DNA of 62,932 bases, filler included, from Welwitschia mirabilis (GCA_051453625.1; 6 parts of one record of this genome joined end to end with filler, not necessarily neighbours in it); one strand, 5' to 3'. Positions 1 to 14,275 are shown, counted from the first letter of the whole stretch. Program-made: numbers and translations. The notes: a model not told the origin generated them from the sequence alone.

Positions 1-999
1 CAAATAATATTAGATGCTAAGGTGATAACAAGGAAGAGTATGGTTGTAGTTCCAACTTGTGATTTATATGAAAATAACTATTATGTGATGAAAGATTATC
101 CTTTACTACCAACCCATAAAGAAAAGATTTATGAAGAGGTATGTGCTTTTAATTAAAGATCTTCAAACTTTAGAAATGAAAATCAAAACCAAAATCAAAA
201 TCAAAAAAATTTTCAATTTAGAATGAATGGACAACCAAATTTTTGACCTTTTGAGAATAAACTTAACAACTTTCAAGTAAATCATGCTAATTTCCAACCA
301 TTTAGAAATAGATTTGAGAATTCAAATTTCCAAGCAAGCAACTCTAATTATTAAGCAAGCATATCAAACTTACAAAACCAAAATGATCTATTTAGAAATT
401 CCATTGATGAATTAAGAAATCTTAAGAGAAAATAAATTCCAACATTAAAAATCTTATTAATGTTCTACAACAAACTATGCTTGCTAGTTAAAGACCATAA
501 GGATCACTTGGAACACAACCTTTACTAAAACGTAATAAAGTTTAGAAAAATCGCAAGGTTATAATAAGAAGTAGAAATGATACAACACCTCCTACCTAAG
601 AGGATTTAACATCTACAAATGATAAAAATAATGATAAAGAAAAAGATATTAAATTTTAGAAAATCATTCTTTCCCTTCTCCTTTAAATGATAATAAGAAA
701 AATCCTTCCCATGAAAAAGGTAAGAAACCTGCTACCTCTTGGCTTAATAGATTGAACGCTAATCCTAAATTTGATTAACATCTTAAAGCCTTAATGTAAA
801 ATGTAAGCATCAATTTACCATTTTAGAAACTTTTTCAAGAGAATCATAAATATTCTAAGTTGTAGAAAGGTCTGATTAGGAGGAAATAAAAATAAACTAT
901 ATCTAATAAATCCTTCTTAGACTAATTTATAACTAACTTAGTCTTAGAAAAATGTCCAAAGTTTAAGGGTCTAAGGGTAGCAATGGTTAGTATGACCTT

Positions 1000-3900
1000 A
1001 GAAAGGAAACAAAAAAATAAAGAAAGTCTTGATTGATATAGGAGCAAGTGTTAATATTATCCTTTGCACATTTGTCAATGACTTGGGTTAGAAAGTAGAA
1101 TTGAGCCTATAAGAATTGTCTTAGAATTAGCAGATACATCATAAAGAAATCTTTAGATATGATTAAAGAATTAGTAATTCAAATAGAAAAACCATTTTAT
1201 TCTATAGATTTACTTGTAATTGAAGTTGAGCATAATAGTAGTTATCCATTACTTCTAGGTATAACTTGTTATGTAATAGCCCATTATATTATTGATACCA
1301 AAATGGGAACAATGGCATGTCACTTAGGAAATAAGAAGACTACAATAAGAGTATCTAATTCAACTAAAAAAGACTTAGATTATGACTTGAATGTTGAAGA
1401 AGAGATTAAACCTAGTTTATTTTTACAACATCATCTATTTGAAGAAAAATATTTAGTTCTTTATAAGCTAACTTTGTTTGATGATCCACTTGAATTAGAC
1501 AACTTAAAAGATTTCAATGATGATCAACTTAATTTTGAGCATTTAGAAATTGATTATCTTAATCAAAGAAGTAGAAAAACTAAAACTGTAAATTTTGGAG
1601 AAGTCTAAGATCTAAGAAAAACTAAGATTTCTTATTTTGAGGGAGATTATCCACTACCACTATCTAGATGACAGTCTAAGATAATAGTTAATTTTGATGA
1701 AAATTTAATAGAAACTAAAAATATGAATTTAAATCTAAAACCTTTACTCAGTGGACTGAAATATATCTTCCTGTGTAACGATCAGAATAAACCTTAATAA
1801 TAAATGAGAATCTTTTCCATCAACAAGAGTCAATTTTAATCTCACTTTAAAATCTAAGGTTAATGCGTTTGCTTGATCCTATAAAGATTTAATAGCCATT
1901 GCTATCTCTATTATTCAATAAAAAATCTACCTTGAAAATAATGGAAAACTTGTTGAACAACCCCAATGTAGACTAAATCTAGCTCTTAAACAAATTGTAA
2001 AAAATGAAATCATTAAATTAATAGATGCTAGAATTATTTATGCTATAACTAATAGTGAATGGATTAGCCCTTTGACGGTAGTACCTAAAAATATAGGAAA
2101 TGAAGGATGTGTATTGATTTTAGAAAAATAAATTAAGTAATTAAGAAAGATCATTATCCTTTACCTTTCCTCAATCAGATACTTGATAGAAACCAAAGAC
2201 ATGTTGTTTATTATTTTCTTGATAGGTATAATGATTACAATCAAGTTTGTATTACTAGTGAGAACTAGGTTAAACTACTTTTACTTCACCTTTTAAAACT
2301 TTTGCTTTTAAATATCTACCTTTTGAACTTTATAATGCTTTTTATACTTTTCAATGTGTAATGATGGGTAATTTTTCTAATATACTAGAGGATTCAATAG
2401 AAATTTTTATGGTGACTTCTCAATCTATGATGAAAGCTTTGAACAAATCTTAGAAAGATTAGAAAAATTCCTTGATAGAGGCATTAATAGTGGACTACAT
2501 TTGAATTGGAAGAAAAGTTTCTTTTTAGTTGATAGTGTAATTTTCTTAGGTCACCACATTTCTAATAAAGGAATTAAGATAGACCTTAAAAAAGTTAGTA
2601 TCATTAAAAATCTAACTCCTTTAACTAATGTAAAATAAGTTTAATCCTTTCTTGGTCATTGTTGTTTTTATCATCACTTTATTTAAGATTATGAAAAAGT
2701 TTGTAAATCTCTTTATTTATTACTTGAGAAAGAAGCTAAATTTGATTGAAATGAATCTTGTCAGCTTGATTTTAATACACTTAAAGATAAAATCTCTTCT
2801 GCTCCTATTGTAACGAGACCTAATTGGAATAAAGATTTTGAGTTAATATCTAATACTGGTAATATCATCATGGGTGGGGTGCTTAGTTAAAAATATGAAA
2901 ATGATTTCAAGTTTATATCTTATTCTAGGAAAACTTTATGTAAAGCTCAAATAAATTAACTAACATAGAAAAAGAAATGTTAGTGATTATCTTTTTCCTT
3001 GATATACTTAGATATTATCTTTTAGGCTTTTATACAAATGTCTATATCGATTATGCAATAATTAAATACTTCATAATCAAGAAATATTCTGATGCTAGAT
3101 CTATTAGATTGATCCTCGTCATGCAAGAATTTAATTGAACCATTATTGATAAAGTAGAAAAGCATAATAGTATAGTCAATTATCTAACACATATTTCTTC
3201 CTATCTTGTTGATATCATGTTTAATGAAATTTTGTATAAATAAATTTTTGCTATATCTTTTACTCATCCTTCTCTTAGGATGCTGATATTGTTAATGATC
3301 TTATTACCATAAAAATACCACAACATTAGACTTATAACCAAAGAAAATCCTTTCTCTATAGAATAGATGATTATGAATGGATAGAACCACATCTTTATCA
3401 TAGGTGTAAAGACCAAATCATGCAAAAATGTATCCCTAAATGGAGAAAAAAATCTGGCATCCTTCATCTTTGTCATGGTAATATTTATAAAGGTCATTTT
3501 AGTGGACAAAAAATAGCTATGAAAATCCTTCACTCTGGTTATTATTGACCTACTCTTTTTTAGGATTCTTTTGATTTTGTTAGAAGGTGTAATTCTTGTT
3601 AATGTTATAGTAGTCTTATTCATTTTCATGAAATGGCCCTTAAACTTATTTTTGAATGTGAATATTTTGATTGTCAAGGAATTGATTTTATAAGACATAT
3701 TAAACCACTTTCTAATGATAAGTACTAGATTTTAGTGCCTTCTAATTACATTACTACATGTGTTGATGCTATTCCTATTTCTATGAATGATGCCTGAACT
3801 ATTCATACTTTTTTAAGAACTCATATTTTTCAATGTTTTCATTTTCCTAGGATTATCATTGGTGATTAAGAAACTCATGTTATTAATTAACTTTTTAGAA

Positions 3901-4515
3901 AACTTCTTTTATTGATTTAAATAGAACATAAAGTAGCTTATGCTTATCATCCACAGACTAATGATCAAGCTAAAAATGCAAATAGAGAGGTTAAGAAAAT
4001 GCTATAAGTACTTATCTCTATTGACACAAAATCTTGGGCTTCTAAGCTTAACAATATTCTTTAGGTTTATTGTACTACTTGCCATAATTCACTTGGTTTT
4101 TCACCTTATGAATTTATATATAGAAAAGTTTGTGTTTTACTTATTGATGTGTGTTATAACTCTTATCGTTCTTCTCATCAACTAAATCTTGTAGACTTTA
4201 ATGAGAATATTAAACATAGATTAGCCCAACTTGATCACCTAGATAAAAAATGTACTCATGCTATACATCATTAATTAATTCACAAATCCCAAGCTAAGAT
4301 TAAACATGATAGAAACTTACTTCATAAAAAGTTTAAACTTGGTCAACTTATCCTTTTATACAATACTAGAGTGCATCTTCTACATAACAAGTCGACCTAT
4401 AAATGGTTATGTCCTTATCTTATAGAGAAATTACATTCTAGTGGCCCTATTAAGATTTTTGACTTAGAAACTAAGGAGATTTAGAAATTTAATGGACAAA
4501 GATTGAAAAATATAT
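1000..4515 (+). pseudogene. Gypsy pol remnant (protease, RT, RNase H, integrase) with many stops and frameshifts
   Basis: LIDIGASVNII at 1029; QPQCRLNLALKQIVKNEIIKLIDARIIYAITNSEWISPLTVVPK ~1958-2090; KKDHYPLPFLNQILDR ~2143; decayed EIFM(D)DFS ~2400; YHPQTNDQA ~3945. Confidence 0.9.
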
Positions 4516-6749
4516 GAAAAAATCTTTTGATGCAATCTTGAACATAGTATAAGCAATTGTTTTGGAGGTTTTCCTTAATGAGGAGGACTTCCACCCTATT
4601 GTTGTCTAAATTCTCTCTTAGATTATTCCTTTAGTGAATGTTATAATGTTATTTAATCATCTTTTAAACTTGATTTATATGTTACTTTATGAAGTTTCCA
4701 TAATTAGTATTCGTACTTGGGCATTTTATAGTGACAAGATTGGATTTACCCAATCTTAAGAAATTTCCATGTCTATGAACTTTATTTTAAATAAATATAT
4801 CTTAGTTCTTTTACTTTTTTTTCAATGGTGTAAGGTTTTTGGTTATTTAGGTATGTTCTTTTCTATCTTGCATCTTACTTATTAACCTTTGTCTTTTTAA
4901 GTGTGTGATCATGTGGGAATTATTTGGGGGAAAAAATGAGAAAACAATGACCATGATCTATTATATTTGTGCTAAAAAATACATAGTCACTATGATATCC
5001 CACCACAAAATTTTTCTAAAAGGAACCTTTGGCAGTGTTGGTATTTGTGAAAAATTCACTAGGAAGTTAGTTGACCATGCTTCATATGTCCTTGATTCTC
5101 TAACTGTGGCTGCGCTCCCCTCATTATGGAAAAGTTGTAATAAACTTTGAGGCTATGGGAGTAGTGATGTTTTTGGTATCATTAGAGCCATTTCTTATTT
5201 CCTACACTCTTAGTATTCTCATATGATCATTTTACTTTTAAGAATTTAGATGTGTTTTGGGGTGTGAATAGTGAGTTCATTTCTAAGCAGCTTTTGATCT
5301 TATCATTCATTGTTCTAAGTACTTGATCTTGGGTATCATCATAATCACTACCTTTTTTAGTGAAATTTTATGGATTTAATACATTTTGTCATGCATTTTT
5401 ACTTAGGTAGCTTTATGATGTCTTCTATAGGGGTTTGCTAGGTTAAAATTTAAGATAGGTAAGCACTCTTATTAATGTTTTTTGTGTCTATTTTAATTCT
5501 ACTTTTCCTTGGTTCTTTAATTTATTATTTCAAAGTTGTTTCTATACTTTCTCATACTCACATAGGACTTTATCATTTAGTAGTTTCCCTATTATTATTC
5601 ATGGCATATCATGTTAATTTTCTTTTAGCATTTAATTAAATAAATAGTATTGTATGCTTCTTTTTTTTTTATGAGATTCTTTTGTATTCTTTGGAGTTCT
5701 ATATTTTTTCTTGTTATTTTTTAGTTTAGGCACATTTGTTCAGTATTCTTTATTAATTTTTAACCTACTTAGTATCTTTTCATCAGCTTATTTTTCATTT
5801 ATTTTTTGTTTCTCTTATCATCCTAATTTATCACGACTCTTTATTATTCTTTTTTTCCAAAACTTTCTGATATATTTTGTCACCTTCATGATGATATCTA
5901 AGCCTAAATTTCTTGCTAATATTTTTATTTTCACAACTTTTTTCAAATCCCATCATCCACCTAGTTGTCTAAGCGATATAGTAGGATGACACTGAGATTT
6001 TTTTTAAGAGTCATCCTAGGGCTGTCGGCTGGACAACGTGACTAGATGACATTGTGATAAAATAGTAAGCTCATTCCTTTTTCCTTATTTTTCTTAATTT
6101 CTCTATTATTTTCATTCATTTTCTTGAAAGACGATAGTTCCTTAGTCCCTACTAACTTGCTGGAACTTGTCCCTACTAGATTCACTTACTGGGTTCTTAG
6201 ATTTTTATAGTTTTTCAAAAATGAAGCATCTTTTTCTCTTCCTCATTTTTTTCAATTTTTCTCTTATTTATTAGTCTTTTCACATTTTAATCATTTTTTC
6301 TAGCTCTTTGATTAGGAACTCATGGATTTGATTATCGTTGTGTATTTTAAAAGTTACAAAGAATTGTGCATTTTATGAGATAAAATCAGGTTTTTACTTT
6401 TAACACTCATTTTCTTATAAATCATAAGTTAAAATATAGTAGTCCTTTAGGTAAAATTGATTATTACAATGCATTCTATATTTCTAGTGGATTTTTTTCA
6501 TTTGAATACTCTAATTTTTCATCTTATATGGGGCCCACCTAAAATACACTTTTTATACTTTTAGCACATTTCACACTTTTTTTCACATGACTAGGTAATA
6601 CGGGATGTATGAAACTTTTGATGAGGGGAAAGACATATTTTTATTTTTTCACATTTTTAATCAATTTTTGGGAATGATTTGAGCATTTGCACAACGTATT
6701 CACTATGATCACCAGATCTCGCATGACTTATTGTGTATTTTTAATTGAG

Positions 6750-7850
6750 TAAGACCTACACATGTAAAACTAGATAGGATGAGGTTGAGGTCAAAGCTAT
6801 TGAGCAAGAAGTGGATCTATTAGTACCACTAGAGGTAGAGTGTACAGAGCTGGTGCATCCCCCACCTCAACACGTGAGGTCTCTCACCATTTAGAATGCT
6901 TCTATCCATGTCGAGAGACATTTTGAGGATTGTATGAGCTGAGTGAAGCCTGAGGTAGATTAGAGGCTCATGAATTTATAGCTTTGATAAATTTTAAATG
7001 TGCATGAAGTATATTACATTTCAGAGACCGAGGATTTTTATGCTACCATGCACATAAAGCATTGCCCCGATTCTCGTGGATACCTAATAGACATGATTAT
7101 AGCCATAATTTGAAATCATAAGATTGCAGTTCTCCCAAATCACATTGTAGCACTAATAAATCTTAGTGGTATTAAGAGTATTCACATATATTCTACTGGT
7201 GGATAGAGGAGCATCATACATATGGTATAACATTAAATATACTAGTAGACTTGACTTTAGATAGGTGGGGAGTTTTGGTGATACAATTGACTCCCACTTA
7301 TCAGATTTTAAAAAAAAGTTTGATTCACAACATCAGTCCATCCTTTCATGATAATCATGCCATGATGATTCATTTACAGATTTTGACATCATTCAGGTAG
7401 AGTGAGTAGATGGAGTTATTCACATTTATATGGAAAATACTTAGGTCCATGGTGGAGGCATGACAGATGCTTTGAGATACCAAAGCCTATGGATGAGCAG
7501 TAACTTACACACATATAGACTTTAGCTCACTATTTCTAGGACATGAGTATAAATGTATCAGGAGAGGCAGAGAGACCATAGGTTCAGATCCCTGTAGTTG
7601 GTATTATATTAGAGTATATTCAGATCCTCGTGACAGAGATCACTGAGGCCATCAAAGGTTTCATTAAATGAGGTATTTCAACACTTGAGGATCTAGATAG
7701 TTGAGTAAAGGATTCAGATGATCTTGAGGAGAGTGAAGCACTCTAATAAGCAGCTAGTGGATGTACTTTAGTGCATCCTATCTATTGAGCAGAATGTGAT
7801 AGTCAATCTCCCAGAGGCAGTTCGAGTATAAGAAGATGAGATAGATTGTT
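6750..7850 (+). pseudogene. Probable Athila extra (env-like) ORF remnant
   Basis: Lies between pol and PPT; fragments ETEDFYATM (~7024) and QLTPTYQILKKSLIHNISP (~7284); acidic-codon-rich end ~7680-7740. Boundaries approximate. Confidence 0.5.
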
Positions 7851-8509
7851 CTATCTTGACATCATTAGACTTTTATTTCCCTGTGAACCCTGAGCGTCCT
7901 CCCTTTTCTCCTCCTGCACTTAAGCCTACTATCCATTCTGAGTTCATTATGAGACAACAAAAGAAGTTACTTATTTATTTATGTTATATTTTATATCTTC
8001 CCCTCTGTATATATTGTATAAAAGCTCATGTATATATTATTTTAAGTATCAGCATGGTGTACATTGTTAGTGTTGAATTTCATGCATATCTTTCTTTTCC
8101 CATATCATTTTTACATTTTACAATGAGAATTGTTTATATTACCCATGATCATTTTTTTAATCTACTATGTACTTCAATGGAGGCTATTTATTATCAGTGT
8201 ATTTAATGATTATCTATCTAAAAATTTCTATCATAGATTTCTATTTTTTCAAGAACTTTTTTTTCCTTATCCTGTTGTTCTCAATATCGTCTAGACGATA
8301 ACATAGATGATAGTATGACTAGTGTACCACATAGTGAAATATTCAATTTTTAATTTTTGACAATTTAGTCTACATCTATGAGGTTTATAAAATTCTTTTT
8401 GAGGTTATTTTTCGATAATCAAGTTATTTTTATTGATAGTAAAGTTGGCTTGCAATCATGACTATTTGCCTGGTTTTGTTAGGAACTGACAAGGCTAAGT
8501 GGGGGACTA

Positions 8510-9282
8510 TGTTGCACTGTGAACTTGTATGTATTTGATAGGGTATTTTGAGTAGTTTTTTAGGACATTAGATAGGTTTGTGCTGAATTTCGATGATAAT
8601 GGAGAGCTAAGACAAATGATATAAAAACATGCAATCTTCATTATATTTTATAGCATTTAAAGCAATTTACAATATTTCCTATCTATAGTAAAAATCTTAC
8701 AACTAATGAGACTAATGCGATACATGAAGAACTGTACAAAAGCCTATTATCTATCTAATCATCCAGATGACTGTATGGAAGATAAAATACTTAAGCAAAG
8801 GAGAATGTAAAATAGAATCAATCTGGAAGCTGATGTGAAACTCTTATGAGGCGAGATCGTCTCTTCTATCATCTTGATGATCATTAAGATGACACTAGAT
8901 ATATATTTCATCAAACTTCACCAAACTTTGGCCATTTGTCTTACACTTCTTACATGGTTGTTAAGGTTGTGCCCACGTCTATTAGTCTTGTCTGTTTGTA
9001 GAGTCTATTTTGCAAATAAATACATCCTCCATCCTTGACTCTAATTTATCTTCATTTATATTAGAAATTCTCATGACAGGAGATAGAAAGGCCAGATATC
9101 CATTCATTATTATTACAGAGAAACATCTTCCTTGGTATTGGGTTGTGCATTCTTCATTGAGGTGCTACTACTTTGTAATACGGATGTTAGTTTGAAGTTA
9201 ATTCAAAACTCTATTTCTATTTTTATATCTTTATTTTGGGCACATTTCTTATGGTTTATGTTGCTTTTGATTCTGTGACGAA
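8510..9282 (+). repeat. Athila-like 3' LTR, 5' portion
   Basis: Starts TGTTGC right after PPT 8493-8509; a similar PPT/TGTTG junction recurs on the minus strand at 53737 and 62334. Confidence 0.65.
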
Positions 9283-9442
9283 TGTTATATTATGTTTTGT
9301 TAATTGATATCAAACTAATGTTTTCTATGTAGTAAATTTTGTGTATCTTATGCAGAAGATGTTAAGTACTTACAAGTTACATGCTGAAGCAATGAATGTC
9401 AAAATCTGATAACTAAAAACTTGTCAATTCACTTACCCTCTT

Positions 9443-9845
9443 GAGGGATCGACTAGACTTTCAAAGGGTCAACCGCACTTGGAGCATACTCTTATAAATG
9501 AATTAAATTCAAAGGGGTCAACTAGATTTTTAATGGAGTTAACTGGATCTGTGATCTTGAGAACAGTATCCCTAAACTAAATAATAAGGGATTGACTAGA
9601 CCTTTGATGGGGTCAACCAGATTTATAGGCTAAGAATAGTATTCCTAAACTGATGTTAAGGGGTCAACTGAACCTATGATGGGGTCAACCAGATCTATAA
9701 ATCTTAGAACAATATTCCTAAAGTGATTATTAAGGGATCAACTAGACCTTTAAAGGGGTCGACTGGACCTGAGCACTGTGTAGGTAATATCCCTGAGTTA
9801 ATTATTATGGGATCAACTAAACACCTAAAGGGGTTAACTAAACTT
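9443..9845 (+). repeat. Array of ~57-60 bp degenerate units with palindromic GGTCGACC-like cores in the SIRE LTR
   Basis: Recurrent GGG(A/G)TC(A/G)ACTAGAC...GGGGTCAACCAGAT; homologous arrays in LTRs at ~13.5-13.8, 22.7-23.0 and 35.3-35.8 kb. Confidence 0.75.
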
Positions 9846-10434
9846 GATGTAGGAAATTAAAATGATCTTTTATCAGGACTAGCAAATGACTAGACAGAAT
9901 TGCGAGCGACCATATGGGGATGGATTATATGCAAAGCTGTAAGAAACTGAGGTGACTGAAAACTTCACTCAGGCAACCTTTGTAAGTAACGGCATTAGAT
10001 GGGATCGACCGGACTTTTGACAAGTCAACTGGTTAAAACAGAACTAAAATTTTCTTTCATTTTTTATCCATTATGTCTCCATTAGATAGTTATTTTCTAG
10101 CTATTTATAGCTATTGAAAGTGAATTTTCAAATGTAATAAACCCTAAAAACCTTCCAATACAAATAGCTAAGAGAGAAAAGACAAAAGAAGCTTTTTTAA
10201 ATCTTTTGGACTCTTAATCAAAGGACTAAATATTATGATATTTACTGTAGCATCTTGGTTTTGTACTCTTAACCAAGGAAGATCTATCATATGTATTATC
10301 TGTACATTCAAGTTTAGATCTAGTGCTTTATTTGTTATATTATCTATAAGAAAAGAAATTCACCAAAACTATTGTACCACAGATCAAGTGATATCTATGC
10401 ATATTGACACTATTTCATCACTATCTTACTTTGT

Positions 10435-10575
10435 GAAAGATTGAGATTTAGCCTACAAAAGTCCTTTTAAAGGTTAAGAATAAGCTTGGAAAAGTTATTT
10501 AAAGGTTAAGACTAAGCTTAGAAAAGTCCACTTAAAGATTGAGACTAAGCTTGGAAATATTCATTTGTAAAGGTT
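10435..10575 (+). repeat. ~31-33 bp tandem repeat (AAGGTTAAGACTAAGCTTAGAAAAGTCC-like, ~4 units) in the SIRE LTR
   Basis: Visible directly; about three units in reverse complement at ~13000-13100 and ~22235-22325; about one unit at ~28140. Confidence 0.7.
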
Positions 10576-10946
10576 ATAGGTGAACCTGCATACCTAGAGG
10601 AGTAACAAAGATCCGAATCAAGCTTAGTAATAAGCGGATCATTGAAAGTGGAGTAGGGGATTTCTCGAATCACTATAAACCCTGCATGTGTATATTTGGT
10701 ATTTTATGCTTTCATTTAGTTTCATTACTTTAAATACTTTTAGCTTTTATTTGCATGCATGAATTTATTAGCAAATTATTTTGAACAAACATTTGATATA
10801 TCATGAGTTTGTCTAGTTTATTTTGTTTAATTTTTTAAAAGAACCTATTCATTCCCCCTCTAGGGTTCTCGATTCTATCAATTAATATCAGAGATAAGTT
10901 AAGTCTTTCTTTAGATTTTAACTGATCTAGACTTTAAATCCCTATA

Positions 10947-12684
10947 ATGAGTAATCCATCTGACCATTTTTCGACCGGTCGTCCACCTATGTTTAACGAG
11001 TCAAACTATGCATACTAGAAAACTAGAATGAGAATTTGTTTTAGATCTCTAAAAGTTATCTATAAGAGTTATTCTATGGTTATGTTATGAAAAATGGATG
11101 CCAACGATAATACCACTTTAGTTTTCAACCAAGATCAATGAACTACCACTGACAAAACCAAAGCCACCATAGATGTTTATGCTCTTAATACAATATTTTG
11201 TGCAATTAATGCAGATGAGTTTAAACATATAGTGAATTATAATCATGCTAAAGAGGCTTGGGATATTCTTGAGGTAGCACATGAAGGAATGTCAACCGTA
11301 AAGCAAATAAAACTTCAAATTCTTATTTCTAAATTTGAAGACATCCATATGGATGAGGAAGAGACTTTATAGGAATTCTTTACAAGACTCACTTATATTA
11401 TAAACTCTATGGCAAGCCTTGGAAAATGATTAAATGAAAGAAAGATGGTTAGAAAGGTATTGAGATCTTTACCAAAGAGATTTAAACCAAAGGTCATAGC
11501 CATCGAAGATAGCAAGAACATATATGCAATGGCACTAAAAGAGCTACAAGGTAATCTACAAACCTATGAACTTAAATTTATTAAAGATCAAAAAAATATA
11601 TCATTTTGAAATGTGTGCAAGAAGAATATAGGCTAAAAGTTGAATGAGAATTTAAATAATGATGAAGTGGCTCTCCAAGCCAAAAGTTTCAAGAAGTTTC
11701 TACATAGGAAGAAAAAAGAAGGTGAGTTAAGTAGAAACTCAAAAAGAAGTCATCTAAAATACAGAAAGGAGTAAGAAAAAAGTAAAGAAATCCAATGCTA
11801 CTCATGCAAAGGATTTAGTCATATGGAAAATGAGTGCTCAGACGCAAAAAGAGACAACAGAAAAATAAGGAATCCCTCTTTTATTGCAACATGGAATAAT
11901 GAGGATGATGACTATGACAACCGTTTAGGTCTAGATAGAGATAAAAGATTATCCTTCATGGCAATTGTTCCTTCTCTCAAAAACTTACCTAGTGTATCAT
12001 AACCTGATAAATTGGACATAATGGATGAAGAAGAGAATAAATTAGAGGATAAAAGATAAATGATTTGAATAAAGTAGTAAAGTTTCTTACCAAAGAGAAG
12101 GAGGAAATAGGAATGAAGTATAATGTATTAAAATTTGACAACACCAATCTTTTGTCACAGGTAAAAGATCTATCTTTATTTGTTAATAAATCTTTTTAGT
12201 GGTTCTTTTAAGTTAGAATAGATGCTTGGAGTTCAAAAACCTACTAGAGACAAAATAGGTATTAGCTTCATTTTTCAAAATCTAGAAGAATAGGTAAACA
12301 GGAAATGTAAGTTTACTTCTAGAGTTTCCTATAATTTTTTTGATGAAATTGGACATTCAAAGTTATCTTGCAATATTAGAAATTTAATTTTTTTTTTAGA
12401 TTCATGAATTCTTTACCATTTAAATTTGTTCCTAAAAAAAGTGTATCACATAAGTCTAACAAGACTAAGTGGGTAATAGCTAATACTCTTAAAATTCCTT
12501 AAATGCAGATAGCTCTCAATGAATTAAGTGCAAATAGCTAATACTTAGATAGTGGATACTTAAGGCACATGATGGGAGAAAGATCAAATTTTCAACACTT
12601 AAGAAGTATTGATGGAGGAGATGTTACTTTTGAAAATAGTGAAAAGGCAAGAATAGAAGATGTAGGATGCATCAAAGAAGGTAA
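10947..12684 (+). pseudogene. SIRE gag and start of protease (element Y); continues at 23180-23360
   Basis: RPPMFNESNY, AKEAWDILEVAHEG, zinc knuckle CYSCKGFSHMENEC ~11796, YLDSGYLRHMMG ~12542. Confidence 0.85.
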
Positions 12685-13937
12685 TGATAGAATCGAGAAC
12701 CCTAGAGGAGGGGGGGTGAATAGGTTTTCTTAAAAACTTATGCTCAAAATAAAATTAAATCCATCTAAGCACAGTTTACATATGAAAATAATGGAATCAA
12801 GAATTGTTCATACAAAAATGGAAAACTGTAAGTAAAGAATCAAAAGACAAAAAAGCACAAACTACCAATTGTAATGCACACTAGATTTATAGTGGTTCAG
12901 GAACTCTCCTACTCCACTCTTGATGATTAGCTTCTCCCAATCTTGATCTCGGATCTCTGTTACTCCATAGGTTTTCTCAGGTTCACCTGTAACCCTTACA
13001 AGTGGACTTTTACAGGCTAAGTATCAACCTTAATAATGGTCTTTTGTAGCCTAAGTCTTAACCTTAACAATGGACTTTTGCAGGCTAAGTCTTAACCTTT
13101 GAAAATAATAGATGTGATGTAATGATGCCTTGATTGCTCAGATATCAAATGTTCTATAGTAGTACAATGAATGGAGCTCTTCTCCAATAGATCATAATGA
13201 TGGAGCTCTTAGATCTGATTTGAATGAAGCTCTTATGCCAATGATTAATCTCCTAAATTAGATTTGAAGCAATACAATGATACACTGATGAAAGTACAAC
13301 CCAGTATTTCAGATCCACAATGATTACATCAAATACAAATAGTGCCAAAAAGATCTCTAGGTCAACAATAGCATAGCTATTTATAATGGAGGGTTACTAG
13401 GGTTTATTTCAAATGAATTGCGCCTCCAACGGCTTTAAACAGCTAGAAAATAGCTAGGTAATGGCTAAGTAACAAATACATAACATTTACATATTTTACT
13501 TTTCCGTGCTATCCGATAGACCCCATAAAAATTTGGTCGACCCCATTCTGGGTTCGGTCGATCCCTTGCCTCTTGGTCTAGAACTATTTTCTATTAGCTT
13601 TTCAAGGCCGATTGATCCCATGAAAATCTAGTTGACTCCTTTCCTCTCGGTCTGGGATTATTTCCTATCAGTTCCTCAAGTCTGGTCAACTCCATGAAAA
13701 TCTGGTCGATCCCTCTGGATTTAGTTCATTCTTCTTGCGATAGCTTCAGGTGTGGTCGACCCTTTTAGGATCTGGTCGACTCCTATTGGAGGTTAACATA
13801 ACTTAGTAGATTTCTGGTGTATTCTTGGTCTAATTCTTTCACCTGCAAAAACTCAATCTTATCTACACACAAGATATAACATTTTTCACTACATAAGAGA
13901 TATTAGTTTGACATCAATTGGCAAATATAATTTAATA
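12685..13937 (-). repeat. 3' LTR of nested SIRE derivative
   Basis: Colinear with 21919-23174; adjacent to PPT CAAAGGGGGAGAT; TATAAATA box (rc) ~13378-13385. Confidence 0.9.
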
Positions 13938-14275
13938 ATCTCCCCCTTTGACATTGATGGTAAATAATTAAGTGATTTCAAAAATTTAAATAATTTTAAT
14001 ATCATTCACCAAATAATTTTAAGCACACATTAAAACTAAAAATCCCCCTTACATCAAGGCATATAATCATTTAATTAAAAGAGTAAAACTTTCTAAAATA
14101 ATCATTTTCTGCCCTTATTCTCTTCCCCTTTGAATGAATACTTTAAAATAGTACTTTGAAATCTTTTTGAAAAACACTACATCTTCTCTTTCCCTTTGAC
14201 ATCAATGGTAAATAAATATAAAACTTAGATATATGGCTAGACGTATCAAGAATTTTTCTCCCCCTATCTTGATAC
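13938..14275 (-). promoter_or_regulatory. Multiple polypurine tracts (Sirevirus signature)
   Basis: rc AAAGGGGGAGAT at 13938-13949 plus further GGGGA-type tracts near 14042, 14122, 14190 and 14258. Confidence 0.75.

Larger units (their letters stand above)
1..9282 (+). mobile_element. Degenerate Athila-like Ty3/gypsy LTR retrotransposon (5' part outside window; 3' LTR interrupted by a SIRE insertion at 9283)
   Basis: Domain order PR-RT-RH-INT, long 3' region with extra ORF remnant, purine tract GGCTAAGTGGGGGACTA then TG at 8510. Confidence 0.85.
9283..10880 (+). repeat. 5' LTR of SIRE element Y
   Basis: TGTTA...CTATCA ends; terminal motif CCTATTCATTCCCCCTCTAGG; followed by ATTAATATCAGAG (decayed TGGTATCAGAGC). 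Confidence 0.85.

Noticed and set aside
3264-3698. Minus-strand 144-aa ORF (likewise 18571-18960, 28925-29377)
   Set aside because: Antisense shadows of retrotransposon coding sequence.
5172-5189. PBS-like TTGGTATCATTAGAGCC
   Set aside because: Interrupted match with no identifiable adjacent LTR end or gag.
9443-9845. CRISPR-like periodic palindromic repeats
   Set aside because: Eukaryotic TE context, degenerate units without unique spacers, no cas genes; these are SIRE LTR motifs.
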